Positions 1-9,422 of a stretch of DNA of 64,000 bases are shown here, piece after piece. Origin of the DNA: an uncultured delta proteobacterium (GTDB lineage Bacteria; Desulfobacterota; Zymogenia; Zymogenales; Zymogenaceae); contig CAWBYW010000016.1 of the NCBI GenBank assembly GCA_963792965.1, positions 1 to 64,000 of the forward strand, given 5' to 3'. The first letter of the stretch is position 1. Each line of letters starts with the position of its first letter. Below the pieces are notes generated by a model. The model was not told the DNA's origin. It saw only the letters and a program-made list of their open reading frames with translations, and ran no database searches. The translations under genes were made by a program, and so were the position numbers.

Positions 1-236
1 AAAAAAAACGGTGGCAAGAATATATAGAGCGATGAAGACCAATGGGCCCCAGGCCCCGAGGCCCCCTATCCAGGCGCGAATTTCTCCAAAGGCCCGCCCA
101 AGGCCGAGCGCGCGGAAAAGGACGAAAAGGGTAACGATGATCGCGACGAAGAGGACCGGCTTGAGCCAGCCGTGGCCTTTCGCTTCGGTTCCGTCAGCCC
201 TCGCTTTTTTATCGGTTTTTTTGGAGCCTTTTTCAT
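1..236 (-). CDS. TVP38/TMEM64 (VTT/DedA-like, YdjX-type) membrane protein, 5' part; runs off the window's left edge
   Basis: Not in the ORF track. Manual translation from ATG at 236: MKKAPKKTDKK...WLKPVLFVAIIVTLFVLFRALGLGRAFGEIRAWIGGLGAWGPLVFIALYILATVFF. The W..GLGAWGPLVFIALYI motif is typical of the family, which often neighbours MerA-like reductase and rSAM genes. Confidence 0.8.
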
Positions 237-372
237 TCCTGATTCCTTTTCTTCGATCTCTTTGCGGTGGTATCGAATATGACACTGTTAGTATACTATC
301 ATGACGGGGTGTTATTTTACAATTGCCATAAAACATAGTAGAATGTTTGAAAAGCTTTCACGGAGGTCTCAG

Positions 373-831
373 ATGGCTCTGAAAACTTTTGCGTTAGCCG
401 TTTGCCTTACCGTTCTCATAGGTTGCCGGGGGAATACTCCCACAAACCTCGGCGTCAAAGACGGGAGGCTGGCCGACTGCCCGCAGTCTCCCAACTGCGT
501 CTCGTCGCAGAGTGTGGTCGGGGATAAAGAACATTATATCCAGCCGCTCCACTATTCGGGGAGCCGTGATGAAGCCAAGGCGGCCCTCATCTCGGTCATC
601 GAATCGATGAAGCGCACAAAGATAATCACCGTTACCGATGATTACGTCTACGCGGAGTTTACCTCACGGATATTCCGTTTCGTGGACGACGTCGAATTTT
701 ATTTTGATGATACCACCAAAACGATTCACTTAAGATCGGCCTCCCGCCTGGGCCACTCCGACCTGGGGGTGAACAGAAAACGAGTCGAGAGCATACGGGA
801 GCTCTTCGACCGGCGGATGGAAAAGAAGTAG
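373..831 (+). CDS. DUF1499 family lipoprotein
   Basis: GGAGG before ATG 373; lipobox-like VLIGC; motifs LADCPQSPNCVSSQ, FRFVDDVEF, IHLRSASRLGHSDLGVNRKRVE. Confidence 0.85.
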   Translation: MALKTFALAVCLTVLIGCRGNTPTNLGVKDGRLADCPQSPNCVSSQSVVGDKEHYIQPLHYSGSRDEAKAALISVIESMKRTKIITVTDDYVYAEFTSRIFRFVDDVEFYFDDTTKTIHLRSASRLGHSDLGVNRKRVESIRELFDRRMEKK

Positions 832-909
832 GCGTCGGAAGATGGAACCCGGAAGCGGGGACGACGAACATGGATAGACGTTCCGACGTACGAGCGGGCG
901 CGACGCCGC

Positions 910-2418
910 CTAACGCGTCCACCGGAGCCACCGTTCAAAGACCCGCTTGACGGCAGGGGTGAGCCTCGTACGGTTATAGGCGTCTCCCAGTTGCTTGATG
1001 GCCTCGGCCTGGGTTGGGTAGGGGTGGATAACGGATCCGATCTTTCCTAAGCCTGTCCGAGAGGCGATTGCCAGCGTAATCTCGCTGATCATCTCTCCCG
1101 CGTGTCCGGCCACGATTGTCGCGCCGAGGATAATATCGGTCCCCTTCCTGACGTGAATCTTCACGAAACCTGCTTCTTCGCCGTCGAGCATCGGCCGGTC
1201 TACGTCGGAAAAATCCCGCCTGAACGTGTCCACGGCGATGCCCCTTTCCTTCGCGTCCCGCTCGTACATACCTACATGGGCGATCTCCGGATCGGTGTAG
1301 GTCGTCCAGGGGACGGTGAGCGACGAGAGCCGTTTTCTTCCCAGAAACAGCGCGTTCTGGATGACGATGCGGGCCGCGGCATCGGCCATGTGGGTAAACT
1401 TGTAATTGGCGGCCACGTCCCCGGCGGCATATATATTCTTATTCGTCGTGCGGAGAAAATCGTTGACGGTGACGCCGAATCTGTCATAGGCAACGCCGGC
1501 GGCCTCCAGGTTAAGTCCCTTCACCTCCGGGGCTCGTCCCGCTCCGATGAGAAGCTGGTCTCCCTTGACGACGGACGATGCGCCCGCCTTCTCGAGATGG
1601 ACCAGCTTTTTCCCCCGCTCGGTCGTGATCCTTTTCACGGCGCTACCAAGGAGGACCTCGATCCCCTCGCTTACGAAGGCGCGCTCAAGGATAGCTGCGG
1701 CATCGTTGTCTTCTCTGATCAGGAACTGAGGCGCCGTCTCAATGATCGTGACCCGGCTCCCCAGCCGTCGGAACGCCTGTGCGAGCTCACAGCCGATCGG
1801 TCCGCCCCCGATGACGACGAGGTGCTCGGGGCGCTGGGTCAGGTTGAAGATCGACTCGTTTGTCAGATACCCGGATTCCTCAACTCCCTCGATCGGCGGC
1901 ACGACCGGCCGGGACCCCGTAGCGATTACGGCCTTCCTAAAGCGAAGGACCTTCCCGTCGACCTCGACACTGTCCGGGCCGCTAAATTTCCCTTCCCCAA
2001 AAAAAACGTGCACCCCCAGCTCATCGGAGAATCGCCCGGCCGAGTCATGGGCGCTTATCCGCGACCTGAGCCCGCGCATGCGTTCCATGACCGCCCCAAA
2101 ATCAGCCTCGGCTCCCGCACGAACGCCGATTCCAAACCTCGCGGCGCCCCGTATTTCCGCCGCCACCCGTGAGCAGCGGATGACTGCTTTGGACGGCACG
2201 CAGCCCGTATTCAGGCAGTCGCCCCCCATGAGCCCACGCTCAACGAGGGCGACTTTCGCCCCGAGGCCCGCGGCCCCGGCCGCGGCCACCAGGCCCGCGG
2301 TCCCCGCACCGATAACGACGAGATTATACCGTGGCAGCGGCGTGGGGTTGACCCAGCGTGAAGGATGAACGTTGGCAAGAAGCTCTCTGTTATACGAGTC
2401 CAACGGCGCAATGCCCAC
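910..2418 (-). CDS. Pyridine nucleotide-disulfide oxidoreductase, class I (MerA/LpdA-like; lacks the MerA C-terminal Cys pair)
   Basis: GAGTAG FAD motif, redox-active GGDCLNTGCVPSK, GGGPIGCE NAD(P) motif, IHPYPTQAE. Confidence 0.9.
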   Translation of the reverse strand: MGIAPLDSYNRELLANVHPSRWVNPTPLPRYNLVVIGAGTAGLVAAAGAAGLGAKVALVERGLMGGDCLNTGCVPSKAVIRCSRVAAEIRGAARFGIGVRAGAEADFGAVMERMRGLRSRISAHDSAGRFSDELGVHVFFGEGKFSGPDSVEVDGKVLRFRKAVIATGSRPVVPPIEGVEESGYLTNESIFNLTQRPEHLVVIGGGPIGCELAQAFRRLGSRVTIIETAPQFLIREDNDAAAILERAFVSEGIEVLLGSAVKRITTERGKKLVHLEKAGASSVVKGDQLLIGAGRAPEVKGLNLEAAGVAYDRFGVTVNDFLRTTNKNIYAAGDVAANYKFTHMADAAARIVIQNALFLGRKRLSSLTVPWTTYTDPEIAHVGMYERDAKERGIAVDTFRRDFSDVDRPMLDGEEAGFVKIHVRKGTDIILGATIVAGHAGEMISEITLAIASRTGLGKIGSVIHPYPTQAEAIKQLGDAYNRTRLTPAVKRVFERWLRWTR

Positions 2419-2529
2419 GGCAGCGCGCGCTGCTCCTCATAACGGCCTCCCTCTTTAAGATACTCAGTTAACCTTCACATTCCATAAGACTGATCCCATC
2501 CAAAAATGGTGAGCATGGCCGGTTCCGGT

Positions 2530-3485
2530 TCAGACGAGCGCGCCTCTGCATGATGATCCCGCCCCGGCCGTACAGCCGAAACAGTGATCCCCGGTAACGA
2601 TCCGGCGATTCATTAGTTTCTCGGGGTTAAACTGCCTGACATGGTGGGGAGATCCGTGATTTACGGGCAAACCGAGGGCCAGGTTGAAATCACAGTCATA
2701 CAACGAGCCGTCCCACCCCACCTCGATCTGATGGCGGCACATGAGACCGATCGATAGTCTGCGGATTGAAAGAGCCGCTCAGAAGCTCCATGTATTCGCG
2801 ATTCTTATTCCCCTCTGCCAGCATCCCCTTGAATCGTCCGATGGGCATGTTGGTGATCGTCAGGAGGCGGGTAAAGACGATGCCGAAGCGTTCCATTAGT
2901 TCCCTGCGGTAATCTCTTTCGAGATCCGCCTGTGGGCCGGGGAGGGACGGCCCGAGGGGATTATAGACGAGATTGAGCGGCAGCCGGGGGTCGGAACCAT
3001 ATCCGACGGCGTTCAGTTGTTTCATCGCGCCGATGCTCTTTTCGTACACGCCGGCGCCCCGCTGGGCGCAGACATTTTCCTGCGTATAACACGGCAGGGA
3101 CGCGACAAGCTCGACGCCGTGATCCCTCAGAAAGGCCGGCAATTCTTCTTTGCCCGGCTCGGTCAGCACGGTGAGGTTCGTTCGCACCTGGACCCGGAAT
3201 CCTTTCGGCGGACAGCGACGCAATAAAGCGCGTGAAGTCCGGGTTGAGCTCCGGAGCGCCCCCCGTCACGTCCACCAGCGTGACGTGCGCGCTTCGTGCC
3301 GCGGAAATAACCAGCTCCATAGTCGGCCACTGCATCATTTCCGTTCGCCGGGGCGAGCATTCAAGGTGACAGTGGCTACAGCTCTGGTTACAGTAGTACC
3401 CGAGGTTGACCTGGATGGTTTCGATATCGACGGCGTAGAGTTCTTCGTCCCCGACTGTCTCAATCCGCTCCCGAAAGGCATTCAT
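2530..3485 (-). CDS. Radical SAM protein of the ArsS / Cys-rich DUF3641 family, split by 2 frameshifts
   Basis: Three consecutive frames join into one gene: CNQSCSHC + VTGGAPELNP (3485-~3210); RTNLTVL, ASLPCY, NMPIGRF (~3210-2750); MCRHQIEVGWDGSLYDCDFN...HCFGCTAGAGSSC (2742-2530). Confidence 0.85.
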
Positions 3486-3650
3486 GGTCTCTCCTCTTGA
3501 TATAGGTTGAGTATTTATTATATAATGCAAATCCCTATTTTACAATGGTCCGAGTTTTCGGCGCCGTCTCCTGGCGATTGACTCAGCGAAAATAATGCGG
3601 TAAGATTGATAGGTATGTTGGTTGTCCGTATCACGTCGAAAGGGGGGACG

Positions 3651-4619
3651 ATGATGAGACGATTGGTTTTCCTCGGCGCGTGCGTGATTATCGCCTTTTT
3701 TGCTACTGCCTGCTCCGTCCATAGCGGGTTCGAAAAAACGGGGGAGTACCCGGACTTTATCACACCGAACGATAAATACTATATCACCAGGATCGGAGAC
3801 GTCCCCCAGATAGACGCAAAGACCTATCGGCTAAAGGTCACGGGCCTCGTGAGAAATCCGCGCTCTTTTACCCTCGACGAGCTTTACCGCATGGCGACGA
3901 CGGAGCTTCCCCTCACCGTCGAATGCATCGGCAATTCCCGCAATGGACGCCTCATCTCGACCGCCGTATGGAAGGGGTTTTTACTGATCGATCTTTTGAA
4001 GTCCCTGGACATTGCCCCCGGGGCAACGGGAGTCGTCTATCGTGCGGCCGACGGATACTATGCCTCCCACACGCTCGCGCAGGTGATGAACAACGGCGTT
4101 TTCGTCGCCCTGTATATGAACGGTGTCCCGATCCCTCCGATCCAGGGATTTCCCGTGCGCGTCCTCAATCCGGGATTTTACGGGGTTAAGCAGCCGGCGT
4201 GGGTAACCGAGATCCAGGTCGTCGATAAGCCCATCAAGGATTACTGGGAAGAGCGTGGCTGGGACTGCGAGCCGCCCATCCCCGTGGATTCGACGATCTT
4301 TTTCCCCGATAGCACGGCCCGTATCGGCGTGGGGAAACAGCTTACCATCGGAGGCGCCGCCTTCGGCGGGAGGCGGATCAAGCTGGTCGAAGTGACGGCG
4401 GACGGGGGCAAACACTGGACGCGGGCTGAGATCACCAAAAAGATGGACGTCGATAACGTCTGGGTCTTTTGGGAAGCGCGCCTCACATTTCCCAAGCCGG
4501 GGAGTTATACGGTCAACTCCAGGGCCACCGACATCTCCGGAAACGCCCAGGAGGATAAGGACCCCAACATCTATGACGGCACCAATGACTGGCCGATGTT
4601 AAAGGTCAAAGCCGAGTAG
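3651..4619 (+). CDS. Sulfite-oxidase-family molybdopterin oxidoreductase, probable exported lipoprotein
   Basis: ITPNDKYY, Mo-ligand ECIGN, AVWKG, QGFPVRVLNPGFYGVK..WV, YWEERGW and a C-terminal Ig-like dimerisation domain; N-terminus MMRRLVFL...ATAC. Confidence 0.88.
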   Translation: MMRRLVFLGACVIIAFFATACSVHSGFEKTGEYPDFITPNDKYYITRIGDVPQIDAKTYRLKVTGLVRNPRSFTLDELYRMATTELPLTVECIGNSRNGRLISTAVWKGFLLIDLLKSLDIAPGATGVVYRAADGYYASHTLAQVMNNGVFVALYMNGVPIPPIQGFPVRVLNPGFYGVKQPAWVTEIQVVDKPIKDYWEERGWDCEPPIPVDSTIFFPDSTARIGVGKQLTIGGAAFGGRRIKLVEVTADGGKHWTRAEITKKMDVDNVWVFWEARLTFPKPGSYTVNSRATDISGNAQEDKDPNIYDGTNDWPMLKVKAE

Positions 4620-4685
4620 TAACCAACGCGCACGATCGGTACCGTTATCTGCTTCGTCCTTGCGTTCGGGGCCACCGTCTGGAGG

Positions 4686-5504
4686 CTAAAAGATGACGTT
4701 CTTGCTCTTCAGGCCCTTGACCGCCCGTATCAGAGGGTATTGGTTCAGTGTCTCAAAGACGTAATCCTTTCCTTTATAGTAATCCAGAATGGCAGGTATC
4801 AGCTGTTGGGCAGTCCCCTGCCTCCCGTGGTCATGGCAGAGGATGATGTCTCCATCCTTCCCCGAAAGACACCTCTTCTTGACCCATGACAGACTTGCCT
4901 TACGCCATTCACACTCCCAGTCAAAACTGTTGATGTTCCATCGATAGATCGTGTAGCCGAGGGAGTGGAGGTACTTCACCACTCTTTTTCCGCCCGAGTA
5001 GCCGAAGGGGAAACGAAAATATTTCCCGTGAAGGGTGTAGTCCAGGCCCGCTTCCTCCAGGAGCCCGCCGATGATCTCGTGGGTCTTATCTATCTCTTCA
5101 ACGGCCCGGCTATACGATATCGTGGGAAAGGAGGGGTGAGGAAACGTGTATGAGTGATTCCCGATGCGATGACCCTCCTGGAGCGCCCTCAGCGCAAGGG
5201 CCCTCCCCTCGTCTTTTTGGAGGAGACTGCCGATGCAGAAAAAGGTCGCCCGACACGACGCGGACCTTAAGAAATTTAGGATATTCTCCATCTCCTCTGT
5301 CGGCCCGTCGTCAATGGTTAAGAAAATATACTTTTTATCCAGCTCAACATTCATGGGGGAGAGCGTAGGCCCTCTCTTGGCGGGTAGATTGTCCTCTTGG
5401 ACACCGGGGGCATCGGCCGGCGTGCCGACAAGAGAGCCGGGGGCCGGGATAAGGGCGGCGCCGAAAAGGAGAGAAAGATCTCTGAGGAACTCCCGTCTGT
5501 TCAT
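4686..5504 (-). CDS. Polysaccharide deacetylase (CE4/NodB) with Tat signal
   Basis: MNRREFL twin-arginine signal; LTIDDGP, ATFF, GNHSY..H, FRFPFG, IILCHD. Confidence 0.88.
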   Translation of the reverse strand: MNRREFLRDLSLLFGAALIPAPGSLVGTPADAPGVQEDNLPAKRGPTLSPMNVELDKKYIFLTIDDGPTEEMENILNFLRSASCRATFFCIGSLLQKDEGRALALRALQEGHRIGNHSYTFPHPSFPTISYSRAVEEIDKTHEIIGGLLEEAGLDYTLHGKYFRFPFGYSGGKRVVKYLHSLGYTIYRWNINSFDWECEWRKASLSWVKKRCLSGKDGDIILCHDHGRQGTAQQLIPAILDYYKGKDYVFETLNQYPLIRAVKGLKSKNVIF

Positions 5505-5609
5505 CCTACGCTATCTCCATCATAACTGCCGGAAGCGATCCGAACGTTTCTCTTTACGGGGCATGCCGGCCGACTCACCCGAAGGCCGGTCAAAGCAAAT
5601 GACGCGCGG

Positions 5610-6239
5610 CTATCTTTTGGCCCACCTGAAGCTCGTGACTGTTACCGCAAAAAGGGGCATCAGCGCGTTCTTGTCGCTCTCTTTACAGAGGAGCGTGATA
5701 ATGCAGTCCGATTTCCCCCCTGTAACGTACGTTCTATCGGTATAGTAGCGCACCCCGTTGCGGTCATTCGTGTAGATCAGCTGGTACGCGCGATAATCGC
5801 TAATTTCGATTTTCCGAAGCCCTTCCTCATCAAAGCCCGGAATCGTTCCCTTCAGCCTCGGTTCGTCGGTAAACAGGATCCAATCCAGGACGGAGGATGA
5901 GGAGGGCACGTCAATCAATTCCACTATTCCTTTGATCCTCGGTGAGGAGACAACCAATTCTCCCGAGGGGAATCCCCTCGGGCGGACAATCCAGTCTCCC
6001 GGAATATGAATAGAGTAGTAATTCCCGTCGATATCTCGACTACGGTAAATATTGAATTTAAGCGTTTTATGATCGATGTCTTCAAAGACGTGCCCCTCGG
6101 GTCTTAATGAGCGGATGGAGGCGTCGATTTTGGTTTCGGAATTAGCGACGTAGGTGCTATAGACCAGAATCATGGATATCGTTACGATGACCGCGATAAA
6201 AATGAAAAGAACGATATTTTGTCTTCCCTCGGAGGTCAT
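5610..6239 (-). CDS. Membrane-anchored periplasmic protein, PsbP/DUF1795-like; paralog of 50311-50949
   Basis: One N-terminal TM helix; shares NYY, DVP, EP.L...PG, RTYVTG, ITL.CKESD and SFRW motifs with 50311-50949. Confidence 0.6.
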   Translation of the reverse strand: MTSEGRQNIVLFIFIAVIVTISMILVYSTYVANSETKIDASIRSLRPEGHVFEDIDHKTLKFNIYRSRDIDGNYYSIHIPGDWIVRPRGFPSGELVVSSPRIKGIVELIDVPSSSSVLDWILFTDEPRLKGTIPGFDEEGLRKIEISDYRAYQLIYTNDRNGVRYYTDRTYVTGGKSDCIITLLCKESDKNALMPLFAVTVTSFRWAKR

Positions 6240-6336
6240 GAGTTGTTTCCGTTCTTCTTATCCGCGCGTGGAAGATACGAGGGGGATATTGACCCTCAAA
6301 ATCCCCCTGAATAAACACCGCCTGCAAGTCGCACCC

Positions 6337-6718
6337 TTACTTCGCGAGGACCTTGAGTTCGCCCTTGCACATCGTATCTGCCGGTAACGACGAGGTTATA
6401 GGGAGCGTCCCGACCTTGGTCGCGTCGATCATGACCCTTTCGATCACGTTCGGCGTTGACGACCTTGTTGACGTTGCAGGCGTCGATCTGGAAGTCGTGC
6501 TCGGCGTCTTTGGCGATCAAATCGAAGGTAGTTTTCTGTCCCTCATAGACGGTGATTTCGCTGGGCATGAAGCCGGTTTTGGCCGTCTCTACCTTTACGA
6601 CCGTTTCTTTAGCCTTTGTATCCGTGGTCAAGGATCCCCCCGCCTCGGCCGCGAACAGCGGAAGGGCCGCCAGAACAAACGCGGCCCGGCTGATGAGGAG
6701 AGTACTCCTTGTTTTCAT
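6337..6718 (-). CDS. Cupredoxin-fold exported protein (EfeO/Cupredoxin_1-like), 1 frameshift
   Basis: Signal peptide; GFMPSEITVYEGQK; after an indel near 6450 the alternative frame reads VIERVMIDATKVGTLPITSSLPADTMCKGELKVLAK* (stop at 6337). Confidence 0.75.
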
Positions 6719-6829
6719 TCTTTCCTTTCTATATAACTGATGTGCACCTATCGCGCACTGTTGAGATGAACGGTAAGGTTATTTCTTCCTTCTAACCATT
6801 ATCACATCGTTTGATGATAGAATAGCGAG

Positions 6830-6867
6830 CTTACCTGGAGATTGTGGGAGAATTACCTTTTTGTAAT
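6830..6867 (-). promoter_or_regulatory. Putative OmpR-family (CzcR/CopR-like) operator, ATTAC-N6-GTAAT plus 11-bp-spaced half-sites
   Basis: Minus strand ATTACAAAAAGGTAATTCTCCCACAATCTCCAGGTAAG; 30/38 identical to 49555-49592, which lies upstream of the paralogous cupredoxin. Confidence 0.7.
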
Positions 6868-8295
6868 GTGGAGGGGTTCGGTATCGCGGGCCGACGGCCG
6901 GGGCAGCAGAATCGTGAATGCGCTCCCGTCTCCCGGAGAGCTCGTGACCGATATGTTCCCGCGGTGCGCCACCACGATCGAACGGACCAGAGAAAGGCCC
7001 AGGCCGTTACCCTGGCGGGAGCGGCTTTTGTCCCCCCGGTAGAACTTATCGAATATCCGAGGGAGGTCTTTCTTGTCTATTCCAATTCCTGTGTCCTTTA
7101 CTGAGATTTCTACTCCCTCTGAAGTATCGCGGGCCGAAATGATGGCGGCACCGCCGCGGGGTGTATATTTCAGTGCGTTATCGGTCAGATTTGCCAGCAT
7201 GTGTCTGAGTTTTCGAAAGTCTCCTTTAACGGACAGGGGGCCTGAAGGGATATCGATCGAAAGGGAAATTCCCTCCTTTACGGCGATGGGGTAATACATC
7301 TCGACGACGCCGTCGATCAGTTTCTTCAGCTCCACGGGCGTCTCGGCGATCTCTATGATCCCGGAATCGGTCTCAACGATCTCAAGCATCGTATTAATGA
7401 TGGCGACAAGCCGGTCGCACTCTTCGATGATATCGGCCGCCATATCCCGGCACTCTCGGACGTCCTTAGCGCCGGTAATCGTCATTTCGGCGACGCCGCG
7501 GATCCGAGTGATCGGGCTTTTGAGATCATGGGCCACGTTGTTCGAGACATCCTTGAGCTCGGCGACCAGATCCTGTATCTTCCCGATCATTTCGTTGAAC
7601 GCCGTCGTGAGGTCTTCGATCTCCCGGCCCCTCCCGGATAGAGGAACACGGCGCGAAAGGTCTCCCTTGCTGATGCTCAGGGCGGCGCGGGTGACCTCCT
7701 CCACCCCCGACATCGCCTTCCTGGCCATTCTCCATCCGACCAGACCACCCGAGATCACCATCGCAAGGATTGTGATACCGAATATCCTGAGATAATCGCC
7801 CATGACGCGCTCATGCTGCTCGAGCGAATACCCGATTTCGATAATGGTGCCGTCCCCCATCATCCTATCGATAACGCGGGTGCCGGACCTGCGCCCGGGG
7901 ATATTCACCGTGCTGAACGCCACCTCTTCACCTTTTAGCTTTTTGTGGATAATCGGCTCTACGCCCAGCCCTTTCCACTGGGCGAGATTCGAGGCGAGCG
8001 TGATATCCGGATTGTGAAAGAAGACCCGAATATAGATGTCCTTGACGCCTTCGATTTCCGAGCGCGCCCTCACCTCGTTCAAGAGGTCGTCGAAGGAATA
8101 GATGTAAGAGACGACTTCCAGCTCCATCGTCTGGTCAAGGAGATAGCCGTCTATCCGCTGTCTGAGGCTCGCGCTGATGGAGAAGAAGATAAAGGCGAAG
8201 ATTCCCGCCGACACGACGGTAAAAAGGATAGTGTACCAGAGGGTAAGCCGGAAGGAAACCGTCTGAGGGAGTCTAATCCCTTTCCTCCAGGACAT
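6853..8295 (-). CDS. Heavy-metal-type sensor histidine kinase (CusS/CzcS-like)
   Basis: FRLTLWY N-terminus, 2 TM helices, HAMP, H-box AHDLKSPITR, NLTDNALKY, DTGIGI, GNGLGL. Confidence 0.9.
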   Translation of the reverse strand: MSWRKGIRLPQTVSFRLTLWYTILFTVVSAGIFAFIFFSISASLRQRIDGYLLDQTMELEVVSYIYSFDDLLNEVRARSEIEGVKDIYIRVFFHNPDITLASNLAQWKGLGVEPIIHKKLKGEEVAFSTVNIPGRRSGTRVIDRMMGDGTIIEIGYSLEQHERVMGDYLRIFGITILAMVISGGLVGWRMARKAMSGVEEVTRAALSISKGDLSRRVPLSGRGREIEDLTTAFNEMIGKIQDLVAELKDVSNNVAHDLKSPITRIRGVAEMTITGAKDVRECRDMAADIIEECDRLVAIINTMLEIVETDSGIIEIAETPVELKKLIDGVVEMYYPIAVKEGISLSIDIPSGPLSVKGDFRKLRHMLANLTDNALKYTPRGGAAIISARDTSEGVEISVKDTGIGIDKKDLPRIFDKFYRGDKSRSRQGNGLGLSLVRSIVVAHRGNISVTSSPGDGSAFTILLPRPSARDTEPLHITKR

Positions 8296-8950
8296 ACCCT
8301 ATACCCCTTATCGTATGAATCATTTTTTTCTTGAAAGGACGATCTATCTTGTCCCTCAAATTGCAGACCCGCACTTCAACGACGTTGGTCTGCGGATCGA
8401 AGTCCCAATCCCACACGTGTTCCATGATCATCGTCTTGGTTACCACCCTCCCCGTATTCCTCATGAGATACTCGAGGAGGGAAAATTCCTTCGGTTGGAG
8501 TTCTATCTCCTTTCCCGCCCGCGCGACCTTCCTGCTCAACAAATCGAGACTGAGATCGCCCACCTCAACCTTTGCCGATTCGGTGGACAGGGTCGTCCTC
8601 CGGATAAGGGTATGTATCCGCGCGAGGAGCTCCGAAAACGAAAACGGCTTAACCATATAGTCGTCGCCGCCCGCGTAGAGCCCCTTAATCCGGTCGTCGA
8701 CCGTGCGTTTTGCCGAGAGAACAAGCACCGGAATCGTTATTTTTTTCTTACGCATCTCCCCGATAAGGGAGAGCCCGTCCATCTTCGGGAGCATGATGTC
8801 TATCACCGCGACGTCAAACGATGCGGTCGTGCCGAGATAAAGCCCTATCTCGCCGTCCGCGGCATGCTCTACGACATACCCGGCTTCCTTCAGGCCTTTC
8901 TTGATAAACGACGCGGTCTTTTCATCATCCTCGATGAGCAGCACTCTCAT
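8273..8950 (-). CDS. OmpR-family response regulator (CusR/CzcR-like)
   Basis: MRVLLIEDD, DIMLPKMDG, GGDDYMVKPF, VWDWDFDPQTNVVEV, IHTIRGIGY. Confidence 0.93.
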   Translation of the reverse strand: MRVLLIEDDEKTASFIKKGLKEAGYVVEHAADGEIGLYLGTTASFDVAVIDIMLPKMDGLSLIGEMRKKKITIPVLVLSAKRTVDDRIKGLYAGGDDYMVKPFSFSELLARIHTLIRRTTLSTESAKVEVGDLSLDLLSRKVARAGKEIELQPKEFSLLEYLMRNTGRVVTKTMIMEHVWDWDFDPQTNVVEVRVCNLRDKIDRPFKKKMIHTIRGIGYVLEERD

Positions 8951-9181
8951 GATGTCACCTGTGCGTGGGCCGCCGACCGTACCGGGGAGCACAGAAGACA
9001 AAGGACGCGCCACGTGCGACGGCGTGTCCCCCGATCGGACATCCCCCTTTTACATACATCGCGTTGGGTCGGCAGGAAAAAGGTCTCTCTATATATAGAT
9101 ATCAAGAAAGTTCATGAAAGTCAATAGCCGGTCACCGGGGCACAAACAATCACGGATATTCTTGACGACCTCTCAAAAACG

Positions 9182-9209
9182 AAAGGGGGCAGATAGATCT
9201 GCCCCCTTC
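9182..9209 (-). terminator. Intrinsic terminator after tRNA-Phe
   Basis: Hairpin AAGGGGGCAGA-TAGA-TCTGCCCCCTT followed by a T-rich tract on the minus strand. Confidence 0.7.
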
Positions 9210-9214
9210 TTTAC

Positions 9215-9290
9215 TGGTGCCGCAGCCCGGGATTGAACCGGGGACACTCGGATTTTCAGTCCGATGCTCTACCAGCTGAGCTACCGCGGC
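9215..9290 (-). tRNA. tRNA-Phe (GAA)
   Basis: GCCGCGGTAGCTCAGCTGGTAGAGCATCGGACTGAAAATCCGAGTGTCCCCGGTTCAATCCCGGGCTGCGGCACCA; 76-nt cloverleaf with encoded CCA. Confidence 0.97.
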
Positions 9291-9308
9291 TCTTAACGGC
9301 AAATTGTA

Positions 9309-9337
9309 ATGTTAGTGTAAGCTCCGTTCCTTGTCAA
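9309..9337 (-). promoter_or_regulatory. sigma70 promoter of tRNA-Phe
   Basis: TTGACA-N17-TAACAT on the minus strand, 18 nt upstream of the tRNA. Confidence 0.7.
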
Positions 9338-9422
9338 GTCTTTTCTACCCGGGGCCCCCGTTTTGCGATATCGGCACAGCTCCCGACACGACCGGACGAC
9401 GGGTCATAATATCGCCATCTGC

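Noticed and set aside
910-2418. True mercuric reductase merA
   Set aside because: No NmerA domain, no C-terminal vicinal Cys pair and no merR/T/P nearby.
2530-2560. Selenocysteine at the rSAM C-terminal GSS[C/U] motif
   Set aside because: The codon is TGC (Cys); the TGA comes after RGALV and is a normal stop.
1-9215. Genomic island integrated at tRNA-Phe
   Set aside because: No integrase or tRNA-Phe 3'-end duplicate seen in the window; not excluded further left.
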